The position numbers and the translations under genes were made by a program. A model generated the notes under the pieces. That model did not search any database, was not told where the DNA came from, and saw only the letters and a program-made list of their open reading frames with translations. From positions 57,391-121,390 of the forward strand of contig JAZRCG010000010.1 in NCBI GenBank assembly GCA_045659645.1: a stretch of DNA of 64,000 nt. The letters run 5' to 3'. Within the stretch, counting starts at the first letter, position 1. Every line of letters begins with the position of its first letter. Of this stretch, positions 27,058-34,977 are shown one piece after another. This DNA comes from Bacteroidaceae bacterium. GTDB taxonomy: Bacteria; Bacteroidota; Bacteroidia; Bacteroidales; Bacteroidaceae.

Positions 27058-27472
27058 CGGCAGGACAGGGGGCGAAATCAAGTATATTTTTGTGCGCGTT
27101 GCGTTTGCGTCGTGTATACGTCGGAAAGTAATGTGTAGTGTTCATCCGAGGTGCTTTTTCGTCCTCTTTGTGTCGTGTTTTGGACGTCTTTTATTGGTCG
27201 TTGGGCAGGGCATTCGGCACGGATTTAGGAAAAATACGGCAGTTAAGCATAAAAAACACGTTAAATAGTTGGCGGTTAGGCGAAAAATCTCTAATTTTGT
27301 CCCGACTAAAGCATAGTGTGGTAGCGACTGCACGTCATTGTGCCCTCTCCTATACCTTATTATATATATAAGGGGTGAACAGCGGAGCATTCCGCATGTG
27401 CCAGGGGGCAGGTTCAGGCAACATGCACTGATACAAAGAACTAAATACTATAAACTAAAACTAAATTTTTTT

Positions 27473-30400
27473 ATGAGAAAACTTTTACTTACGCTTGCCG
27501 TACTGTGTGGTACGGTGAGTGGTTGGGGTACCCCAACAGAGTCTTTTAAGGCTTCAACGATTTTGCCCTCATTGGGTATCCCTGAACACCAGTATTATGT
27601 CAGAGGAACTTACAATAACAAGTATTGGACCAGTTCTACTGATGATACGGATAACATCGCTGATGCAGGTAAATTTGCACTTTATGCAGTTCCTGGACTT
27701 CAGGATTGCTATTACATCTATAGCATAACTGACAAGAAGTGGCTTTCTTATCCCAATGATAATCGTAACAATCGTCATGATTTCATACAGAGTGTAGACA
27801 ACTTTGATGCTAATGCGTATTGGAAAATAACAGGGGTCGCAAATAAAAAATGTTATCAGATGCAACCCACGAATCTTGACAAAGATTACCATGGGGAAAC
27901 GCGAATCCAATCAGATAGATATGCCAACTGGTTTGAAGGGCCAGGTTTATGTAAAAGTATAGGTCTTTGGCAGACTGGAGCTTCTGGTGATGATGGTAGC
28001 TGTTGGTCATTTATTTCAGTAGATGTTGAAGAACAGTTAGATGTACTTCTCTCCCAAAGACTTGCCATAGCAAATGAGATTCTTGCTGCCAAATTAGCCT
28101 ATACCAAGGCTGATGACATACTTACTGCAGAAAATGTGTCTAATATCTTTTCAAGTCCTTTTTCAGATAGCGCTGAAGGCGTGATCGCCAATTTGGTGGA
28201 TAAGGATGCTTCTACATGCTGGCATAGTGATTGGCACAGTGGTGCTACATTAGGAGGTTCACACTATTTTGAAATAAATTTGGCTGACATTACACCAGAG
28301 CTGTTGTCTCTCTCATATTCTCGTAGAACAGCTGCAGATAATGACCATACTGTTCGTTGGGCAGTATATGGCGTTCCTGCCGATGAGACTGGTATTAAAA
28401 ACGATTCTCGTAACGGCCTCACCTTGTTGGCCTGGCTTTCTACTCCTTGGGGAAATAAGAATCAGGTTTTCAACAATCTTCCTCCTTTCAAGACACAGGG
28501 TTTTAAGAAATTCCGTATTTATAGCGAGGCGACAGAGCAGAATCGTGGTTACTTCCACATAGGAGAACTTCAGTTGAATGCCAATACTATTGCAGAAAGC
28601 AATACTGATGATATCAAGGCATTGGTTGCCGCAGTAGCTGAAGCAGAGGCTTTGGAAACTGTTACTCAGCAAGACATTGATGTACTTAACGATAAAATAG
28701 CACCGTTCGTACTCACCGAAGAACAGAAAACACTTGCCCAAGATTTGTTGAATCTCACGGGTATCGGTTATCCTACTCCAAATAGCGCTGCTCGTATTGC
28801 TCTTCAAAATTTACTGGATAATCCAGCGTCATTTAGGGAGGATTTTGAACCGGCTATCGCTGCTTACAAGACTTCTACCGAAGTGAATATCCCTATATCT
28901 GGTCGTGCTTATCAGTTTGCTTTTGTTGCAAACAATGCAGAAAAGACAGAGTACAAACTTACTGCAAATGGCACAACTTTGACGGCATCGAATGATGCTG
29001 TAGCATCAACATTCTATTGTGTGGAATACACTAATGTGGATGGTCATAAACGTTTTGCATTCATTTCAGAGGAAGGTAAGTTCCTTGGCTATCACGCTTT
29101 GACAGATAGTTATATGACACATGTTGGTGCTGACAAGCGTCTTCAGAATGATATTTCATTCGGTGCTATGACAGGTGTAGTCTCTAATGTAACAAGCAAA
29201 TCTGAGGACAGATTTGGCACAGTTACAATGAAGGTGGATAACCGTGTATTGGAAAGCCAGGATAAAGATGGATATTTTATCCTAAAATGGGGAGCCAAAT
29301 CATTCGACAAGTCCTCTGCTCCTTTCCACAATGGAACATATACCTCGGCTATTAAAGTAACAGAAGTAGCAGAGTACACTCCAACTAATGCCGCTATGAT
29401 TGCTGCCAGCACAATTGCTCCTTTGGTTCATGGCTATATTAGAATTGGTGAGGGCATTGGTAAGTATAGTTACACTTATGGCGAACATTCTGGAGATGTA
29501 TTTACCGACTTTGAAGAATTGGTTAAAGCAACCTCAAAAGAACTTACCAGTGCAGATTATGTATTCACAATTAATCAGCCAACATCTGGTTTTTATCGCA
29601 TTAAGAGTTTGAATGGCAATGATGCGAATAAGAGAAATAAGTATATCCAGACAGCAGACAATGTACTTGCCCTTACAACTACTAAGGATGTGAATAGTAT
29701 TGTTTATCTTGATGAGGACAACATGATTATTAGTTATGCGATGGGGGTATATCTTAATACTTATAAAGATGTTGCAGATAAAGGCAGTGAGGGTTCGGCA
29801 TGGACTTTTTTAGAGAACAGAGACGTTATTGGAGCCTATGCATTTGATAATCCTGCAGATAAACAGGGTGGTGAACAATACTTCTTGTCTGACTGGACAG
29901 GTGGTGTGACTTTTGGTGGTAATGATGCTAATGCCGCCTGGACATTTGAACCAGTAGAGTCACTTCCCGTTACAATCACCTCTGCCGGTTACGCTACATT
30001 CTACTCTCCCGTTGCAGTCACACTGCCCGTAGAAGGTTTGAAAGCATACTATGTTTCAAGCACAGAAAATGGAAAGGCTCAGATGACTCCGATTAGTGGA
30101 GTGATTCCAGCAAACACCGGTGTTATCCTGCAGGGTGAGGCTAAAACATACGACCTGACTATCGCTGGCGAGGCCGAAAGTGTAACCAATAAGTTGAGCG
30201 GTACTGTAGCATCTGAGTACATCAGCACACCATCTTACGTTCTCTCTGCACAAGGAACTCCCGCAGTCGTAGGTTTCTATCAAGCTAAGTTGAACTTTAC
30301 CGTAGCAGATAATGGAACAGGCACAAAGGTTGAAGAAGGCGCTACAGGTACACACTTCCTCAACAACGGTTTCAGAGCCTACCTGCCCGCAGGTCAGAAC

Positions 30401-30568
30401 AATGCCCGTTCACTTGTCTTCGACTTCGGTGGCACAGAAACCGGCATAGACGAACTGAAAGGTGAAAACGGAAATGTGAAAGCTGAGGTTTACGACCTGG
30501 CAGGCCGCCGTGTGCTGAATGCAAAGAAGGGAGTCTTCGTTGTGAATGGTAAGGTGATTGTGAAGTAA
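27473..30568 (+). CDS. T9SS-secreted lectin-like / adhesin-like protein with an F5/8 type C (discoidin)-like domain; function unknown
   Basis: 1031 aa from MRKLLLTLAVLCG (signal peptide). Contains DKDASTCWHSDWHSG...HYFEINL (discoidin-like). The pre-CTD module is homologous to that of the 2029-aa protein. The C-terminus VYDLAGRRVLNAKKGVFVVNGKVIVK is a T9SS CTD. The gene is visibly more AT-rich than its flanks. Confidence 0.7.
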   Translation: MRKLLLTLAVLCGTVSGWGTPTESFKASTILPSLGIPEHQYYVRGTYNNKYWTSSTDDTDNIADAGKFALYAVPGLQDCYYIYSITDKKWLSYPNDNRNNRHDFIQSVDNFDANAYWKITGVANKKCYQMQPTNLDKDYHGETRIQSDRYANWFEGPGLCKSIGLWQTGASGDDGSCWSFISVDVEEQLDVLLSQRLAIANEILAAKLAYTKADDILTAENVSNIFSSPFSDSAEGVIANLVDKDASTCWHSDWHSGATLGGSHYFEINLADITPELLSLSYSRRTAADNDHTVRWAVYGVPADETGIKNDSRNGLTLLAWLSTPWGNKNQVFNNLPPFKTQGFKKFRIYSEATEQNRGYFHIGELQLNANTIAESNTDDIKALVAAVAEAEALETVTQQDIDVLNDKIAPFVLTEEQKTLAQDLLNLTGIGYPTPNSAARIALQNLLDNPASFREDFEPAIAAYKTSTEVNIPISGRAYQFAFVANNAEKTEYKLTANGTTLTASNDAVASTFYCVEYTNVDGHKRFAFISEEGKFLGYHALTDSYMTHVGADKRLQNDISFGAMTGVVSNVTSKSEDRFGTVTMKVDNRVLESQDKDGYFILKWGAKSFDKSSAPFHNGTYTSAIKVTEVAEYTPTNAAMIAASTIAPLVHGYIRIGEGIGKYSYTYGEHSGDVFTDFEELVKATSKELTSADYVFTINQPTSGFYRIKSLNGNDANKRNKYIQTADNVLALTTTKDVNSIVYLDEDNMIISYAMGVYLNTYKDVADKGSEGSAWTFLENRDVIGAYAFDNPADKQGGEQYFLSDWTGGVTFGGNDANAAWTFEPVESLPVTITSAGYATFYSPVAVTLPVEGLKAYYVSSTENGKAQMTPISGVIPANTGVILQGEAKTYDLTIAGEAESVTNKLSGTVASEYISTPSYVLSAQGTPAVVGFYQAKLNFTVADNGTGTKVEEGATGTHFLNNGFRAYLPAGQNNARSLVFDFGGTETGIDELKGENGNVKAEVYDLAGRRVLNAKKGVFVVNGKVIVK

Positions 30569-30589
30569 TATTAAAATAAAGCATTAGCA

Positions 30590-30769
30590 ATGAAAAAGAC
30601 ATATATCGCTCCCTCAGTGGAGGTAATAAAGGTTGGTGCCATCAGCATGCTGGCAGCAAGCATGGGAATTAACGATACCACAGAAGTTGACACCAGTGTA
30701 GAAGGTGGTCAGCTTGGCCGTGAGGACAACACCCCTCATTCTCCCAACCTGTGGGAACAGGGCTGGTAA
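30590..30769 (+). CDS. Unannotated 59-aa small ORF (hypothetical peptide)
   Basis: Shorter than any ORF in the track. MKKTYIAPSVEVIKVGAISMLAASMGINDTTEVDTSVEGGQLGREDNTPHSPNLWEQGW starts 22 nt after the upstream stop and is followed by a strong terminator. I recognise no family with certainty. Confidence 0.4.
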   Translation: MKKTYIAPSVEVIKVGAISMLAASMGINDTTEVDTSVEGGQLGREDNTPHSPNLWEQGW

Positions 30770-30825
30770 GAAGAACAGATTCTTCCTCAGTTCCTTTGTA
30801 AGAAGACAACACACTATATGCACAT

Positions 30826-30866
30826 ACAACCGCCGTGGCATTGCGCCATGGCGGTTGTTGTTTTTG
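30826..30866 (+). terminator. Rho-independent terminator
   Basis: ACAACCGCCGTGGC-ATTGC-GCCATGGCGGTTGT followed by TGTTTTTG. Confidence 0.8.
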
Positions 30867-30869
30867 CCG

Positions 30870-31366
30870 GTGGGGTGTTTGGGCCTCCCGAGGCCGGATC
30901 TTGGTCCTCCCGAGGACCGAGGCGAAAGAACGGGGACCTCTGGGGTCGCCCCTGGGGAGTACGATTTGAGGGGGGCGGAAAAGTGAAAGGTGAAAGGTGA
31001 AAACGGAAAACTATCTACCGTTCACCGCTCACCGCTATCACCCACTTTCTCCCCCTGTCACAGGGGGAGTACCCCGCAGGGGGGAGGGGGTGGATAAACT
31101 CTCTGTGCTCTCTGCGCTCTTTGCGTGAAAAACAAAAACGCTCTTATCTTTATCTCATGCAAAGGGCGCAAAGGACGCAGAGGAACAAAGTGAACGGAAA
31201 ACGGAAAACTGAAAGGTGAAAACTATCCACCCCCTCCGTCGCTTTGCTCCTCGTCCCACCTGTCTCAGGGGGACAAAGTAAACGGGAAACTGGTTCAAGG
31301 CGGAGTGGTGAGTAGTGAGTGGTGAGTAGTGGGGAGTGAGAAATGAGTAGTGAGTAGTGAGTAAAT
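30870..31366. repeat. ~500-bp repeat patchwork with no credible coding
   Basis: Contents: small palindromes GGCCTCCCGAGGCC and GGTCCTCCCGAGGACC; GTGAAAGGTGAAAACGGAAAAC words at 30983-31010 and 31190-31225; an ATCCACCCCC module at 31047-31098 (minus orientation) and 31223-31278 (plus); a CTCTGCG hairpin element at 31101-31182; a GTGAGTA heptamer array at 31296-31366. Confidence 0.8.
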
Positions 31367-31429
31367 GGAGAGGGGAGAAGGGTGGGGAGTTTTGTGGGGG
31401 AAAGGTTTTGGAGTGTGGGAATAAAAGGG

Positions 31430-31437
31430 TATATTTG
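31430..31437 (+). promoter_or_regulatory. Bacteroidota -7 box (TATATTTG)
   Basis: GGGTATATTTGTGG lies 67 nt upstream of the 31504 ATG. Confidence 0.45.
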
Positions 31438-31503
31438 TGGGGAGAATTGGAACTTTCGGGTCCTTTTGGGACGTTAGTGTCTTGGGGCCCGACAAATACA
31501 GAA

Positions 31504-32361
31504 ATGACTATGAACAAAGAGGAACAAAAAGAATTGCTTGACCTGTTGGAGCAGGCTGGGTGGCAACCAATGCCGTGCGATACGCTGGTACCTTGTTTTG
31601 AGAACGAGGTGTTGGCCGGTATCCCTACAATGCCTGGCGATATAGCCTGGGATGAGAATGTAATGATGTCCAGTGAACTTGCAGAACTGGAAAGGGTGTA
31701 CTACGTCAGGGTGAAGGGCGATTCCATGAAGGATGCCGGCATACTGGCAGGCGACAGGGTGCAGCTGTGTATGGACGGTATCTTTGGGGATGGCGACATA
31801 GTGGTGGCTTCCATAGACGGCGAGATGACCCTGAAAACCTTTTATCGCGACGAACAGGGACGCTCGTGGCTTGTGCCTTTCAACGAGAACTATTCCCCCA
31901 TCCTGCTGCAGGAGGATATGGGAGTGAAGATTGTGGGCAAGGTGGATGCCCTGATGCGCAAGACTCCACGCCGTCCGCATGCCGAGGTGGAGCGTATCAT
32001 GCGCAAGGCTCGCGAAGAGGGCGCCATGGCAGAACTGCGAGACCCGGCAGACATCATAGCAGACGTGGCGCCCATGGTAAAGTGCAGGCGCCAGTGGTAT
32101 GCCGTGTACAGGGCATTGGTGGATATGGAACTGATAGGGTGGGAGATGTTTGGCACTTTTGTGGAAATGGTGGCAGAGTCTGTGCCCCAGCATCCTCATC
32201 TGCCATCGCTGGATTCCATGCGCCGCTCTGCCGTGCAGAGCTTCTGCCGCCCCGTGAGCAAGTGGGATGCAAACTATGCTCCGGTGGCAGGAAAGAGATT
32301 TGAGGAGTATGTGAGGATAGCGAAGAGGACGGAGGAAGTGGGAAGAGCTAGGAGGAGCTAG
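31504..32361 (+). CDS. S24 (LexA/UmuD-like) peptidase-domain protein with a ~140-aa C-terminal domain of unknown function
   Basis: Start taken at MTMNKEEQ; upstream codons of the track ORF are heptamer-array sequence. A VLAGIP cleavage-site-like motif is followed by VKGDSMKDAGI (Ser) and DGEMTLKTF (Lys). There is no N-terminal HTH. The stop TAG lies inside the CCTAGG array. Confidence 0.7.
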   Translation: MTMNKEEQKELLDLLEQAGWQPMPCDTLVPCFENEVLAGIPTMPGDIAWDENVMMSSELAELERVYYVRVKGDSMKDAGILAGDRVQLCMDGIFGDGDIVVASIDGEMTLKTFYRDEQGRSWLVPFNENYSPILLQEDMGVKIVGKVDALMRKTPRRPHAEVERIMRKAREEGAMAELRDPADIIADVAPMVKCRRQWYAVYRALVDMELIGWEMFGTFVEMVAESVPQHPHLPSLDSMRRSAVQSFCRPVSKWDANYAPVAGKRFEEYVRIAKRTEEVGRARRS

Positions 32362-32450
32362 GAAACCCTAGGAAGCCCTATGAGGCCCTATGAGGCCCTA
32401 TGAGGCCCTAGGAAGACCTAGGAAGTCCTAGGAAGAGATAGGAGATAGGA
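32341..32450. repeat. 10-bp-period degenerate array, ~11 units (NCCTAGGARN / CCTATGAGGC)
   Basis: The units align exactly with the 10-nt print blocks (…gcta ggaggagcta ggaaacccta ggaagcccta tgaggcccta …). Related arrays lie at 33131-33220 and 46741-46840. Confidence 0.9.
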
Positions 32451-32476
32451 TTTTTGCTTTTAAAAAACAGTTTGTT

Positions 32477-33166
32477 ATGGAATACAACACGAAGGGGACG
32501 GTGCTGAAGAAGCCGGTGGTTTGGAAAAACCTCTACTTCTACCGCAAGAGCGATGCGATATATCAGCTTACGGTGGATTTCTGCAGGCGTTTTCTCCCTG
32601 CCCACGGAGACCGTACTGTGGATCAGATGGTACAGGCTGCCCGTTCGGGGAAACAGAATATTATAGAGGGCAGCGAGGATGGCATGACCAGTTCCGAGAT
32701 GGAGATAAAGCTGCTGAATGTGGCTCGTGGCAGTTTGCAGGAGCTTAGGGAGGATTATCTGGATTACATAAATACCCGCCATTTGTGCCTTTGGCCTGCC
32801 GACAGCGAAAGGCAGATACGCCTGAGGGACTTCTGCCATTCGCACAATGATTTCCAGGATTATGCTCCACTGGCAGAGAGGATGAGCGACGAGGAGTTTG
32901 CCAACCTGCTGCTGACGCTGTGCCACCAGACGGACAGGATGATGTGCGCCTACGTGGAGAAGCTGGAGCAGCGCTTTGTTACCGAAGGTGGCATAAAAGA
33001 GCGCATGCATGCCGCACGCACCGGATACCGCAAGTCGCAGGACGAGCATATGGCCCGACTGGAGGAAGAGAACAGCAGACTCAAAGCCGAGGTGGAGAGG
33101 CTGAGGAGGAGGGTGGAGGAGCTGGAAGGAGATAGGAAGGAGCTAGGAAAACCTAGGAAGCCCTAG
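32477..33166 (+). CDS. Four-helix-bundle protein (23S rRNA intervening-sequence protein family) with a coiled-coil C-terminal extension
   Basis: 229 aa. VWKNLYFYRKSDAIYQLTVDFCRRF...QMVQAARSGKQNIIEGS...LLNVARGSLQELREDYLDY matches the family pattern. The C-terminus (RLEEENSRLKAEVERLRRRVEELE) is coiled-coil. The stop TAG lies inside the CCTAGG array. Confidence 0.7.
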   Translation: MEYNTKGTVLKKPVVWKNLYFYRKSDAIYQLTVDFCRRFLPAHGDRTVDQMVQAARSGKQNIIEGSEDGMTSSEMEIKLLNVARGSLQELREDYLDYINTRHLCLWPADSERQIRLRDFCHSHNDFQDYAPLAERMSDEEFANLLLTLCHQTDRMMCAYVEKLEQRFVTEGGIKERMHAARTGYRKSQDEHMARLEEENSRLKAEVERLRRRVEELEGDRKELGKPRKP

Positions 33167-33220
33167 GAAGCCCTAGGAAAACCTAGGAGGACCTAGGAGA
33201 GCCTAGGAGGTCCTATAAAA
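33131..33220. repeat. 10-bp-period CCTAGGAAR array, ~9 units
   Basis: gataggaagg agctaggaaa acctaggaag ccctaggaag ccctaggaaa acctaggagg acctaggaga gcctaggagg tcctataaaa. Confidence 0.9.
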
Positions 33221-33344
33221 AAAGGCTGGGATTATTTTGCTTTTCGCTCGCTTAATCGTGCCCTTGAGGCGATGCCTCTAAGGTACTCATGCTTTGAAAA
33301 TCAAAATTAAGTGCACTTTATTTTGAATTTCGCTCGCTTAATCG

Positions 33345-33352
33345 TACCTTTG
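33345..33352 (+). promoter_or_regulatory. Bacteroidota -7 box (TACCTTTG) for proS
   Basis: TTTCGCTCGCTTAATCGTACCTTTGCAAG lies 26 nt upstream of the ATG. A degenerate duplicate of the same 27-mer (…CGTGCCCTTGAGG) lies at 33243-33270. Confidence 0.6.
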
Positions 33353-33377
33353 CAAGCAAAACAACATTTTATTATAT

Positions 33378-34856
33378 ATGGCAAAAGAATTGGATTTCCT
33401 CACCAAGAGAAGTGAGGACTACTCTAAATGGTATAACGAACTGGTGGTGAAGGCCGACCTGGCCGAACAGAGCGACGTGCGTGGCTGTATGGTGATAAAG
33501 CCTTACGGTTATGCTATCTGGGAGAAGATGCAGCGTGTGCTGGACGATAAGTTCAAGGAGACTGGCGTGCAGAATGCTTATTTCCCCTTGCTTATCCCCA
33601 AGAGTTTCCTGTCGCGCGAGGCAGAGCACGTGGAGGGCTTCGCCAAGGAGTGCGCCGTGGTGACTCACTACCGCTTGAAGACCAACGAAACAAAGGACGG
33701 CGTGGTGGTGGACCCCTCTGCAAAGCTGGAGGAGGAACTTATCATCCGTCCCACTTCTGAGACAATAATCTGGAATACCTTCAAGAACTGGATACAGTCC
33801 TACCGCGACCTGCCCCTGCTGGTGAACCAGTGGTGCAACGTGATGCGCTGGGAGATGCGTACGCGCCTGTTCCTGCGTACTGCTGAATTCCTGTGGCAGG
33901 AGGGACATACCGCCCATGCTACACGCGAGGAGGCCGAGGAGCGTGCCCGCCAGATGCTGAAGGTGTATGCCGACTTTGCAGAGAACTACATGGCAGTGCC
34001 CGTGGTGCAGGGCGTGAAGAGCGAGACCGAGCGCTTTGCCGGTGCTCTGGATACCTATACCATAGAGGCTATGATGCAGGACGGCAAGGCTCTGCAGAGC
34101 GGTACAAGCCACTTCCTGGGCCAGAACTTCGGCAAGGCTTTCGACGTGCAGTTCCTGAACAAGGAGAACAAGCCTGAATATGCATGGGCTACCAGTTGGG
34201 GTGTGAGCACACGTCTGATGGGTGCCCTGATAATGACTCACTCGGACGACAACGGTCTGGTGCTGCCTCCTGCCCTGGCTCCCATTCAGGTGGTGATAAT
34301 CCCCATAGGCAAGCCTGCACAGATGGAGCAGCTGGATGCCAAGGCTACAGAGATAATGAACAACCTGAAGGCTATGGGCGTGAGCGTGAAGTACGACAAT
34401 GCCGACAACAAGCGTCCCGGTTTCAAGTTTGCTGACTATGAGCTGAAGGGTGTGCCCGTGCGTCTGGTACTGGGTGCCCGCGACCTGGAACAGGGTCTGG
34501 TAGAGGTAATGCGCCGCGACACTCTGGAGAAGGAGAATGTTGCCGTAGAGGGCATAGAGCAGTACATCAAGAACCTGCTGGACGAGATTCAGCAGAATAT
34601 ATTCAAGAAGGCCAAGGATGCCCGCGATGCCCGCATCTACGAGTGCGACAACTACGAGGAGTTCAAGGAGCGTGTGAAGAACGGCGGATTCTTCCTGTGC
34701 CACTGGGACGGTACTGCCGAGACTGAGGCTAAGATCAAGGAGGAGACACAGGCTACCATCCGTTGTGTGCCCTTCGGCGTGGAGCAGACTCCCGGCGTGG
34801 ATATGGTAAGCGGCAAGCCTTCTGTGGCTCGCGTGCTGATAGCGAGATCGTATTAG
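33378..34856 (+). CDS. proS: Proline--tRNA ligase (archaeal/eukaryote-like type, as usual in Bacteroidota)
   Basis: 492 aa with class II aaRS motifs ([31 protein letters not shown]) and the C-terminal Zn-binding-type domain (CVPFG). Confidence 0.95.
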   Translation: MAKELDFLTKRSEDYSKWYNELVVKADLAEQSDVRGCMVIKPYGYAIWEKMQRVLDDKFKETGVQNAYFPLLIPKSFLSREAEHVEGFAKECAVVTHYRLKTNETKDGVVVDPSAKLEEELIIRPTSETIIWNTFKNWIQSYRDLPLLVNQWCNVMRWEMRTRLFLRTAEFLWQEGHTAHATREEAEERARQMLKVYADFAENYMAVPVVQGVKSETERFAGALDTYTIEAMMQDGKALQSGTSHFLGQNFGKAFDVQFLNKENKPEYAWATSWGVSTRLMGALIMTHSDDNGLVLPPALAPIQVVIIPIGKPAQMEQLDAKATEIMNNLKAMGVSVKYDNADNKRPGFKFADYELKGVPVRLVLGARDLEQGLVEVMRRDTLEKENVAVEGIEQYIKNLLDEIQQNIFKKAKDARDARIYECDNYEEFKERVKNGGFFLCHWDGTAETEAKIKEETQATIRCVPFGVEQTPGVDMVSGKPSVARVLIARSY

Positions 34857-34947
34857 AACGGAAAGGTGAAAACGGAAAGGTGAAAACTCCGAAAACTCTG
34901 AATACTCTGAGTACTCTGAATATTCCGAGAACTCTGGAAACTCTGAA
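34857..34947. repeat. 14-mer x2 (AACGGAAAGGTGAA) immediately followed by 9-mer x7 (AACTCTGAA-like) arrays
   Basis: Starts 1 nt after the proS stop and ends 30 nt before the next ATG. Confidence 0.9.
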
Positions 34948-34977
34948 AAGCCATTATACCTTTCCCTATAAGGAATA

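Noticed and set aside
27338-27472. N-terminal extensions offered by the ORF track. Examples: 27338 for the T9SS cargo; 31357 for the S24 gene; 23434 for xseB; 27047 for the HU-like gene; 25742 for the tiny peptide; 62339 for htrA; 60475 for the 142-aa gene; 10181 for the PPTase; 50503 and 51597 for the GTs; 58660 for the PqqD-like gene.
   Set aside because: In each case the extra codons run through promoter boxes, repeat elements or the upstream gene. An internal ATG gives a canonical N-terminus (a signal peptide or the family-typical start), often with ATGA-type coupling to the upstream stop.
32341-33220. Possible CRISPR arrays: the CCTAGG arrays, and the other tandem arrays at 24858, 25668, 34857, 36803 and 46741.
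   Set aside because: Periods are 7-14 bp with no unique spacers between repeats, the units are degenerate, and no cas genes or leader are present. These are micro/minisatellite-like arrays, not CRISPR.
33243-33352. Duplicated TTTCGCTCGCTTAATCGT(G/A)CC(C)TTG 27-mer upstream of proS, considered as a T-box or attenuator.
   Set aside because: T-box leaders are not expected in Bacteroidota, and no specifier or antiterminator architecture is visible. The second copy simply carries a consensus -7 box, and the first looks like a decayed duplicate of the same promoter.
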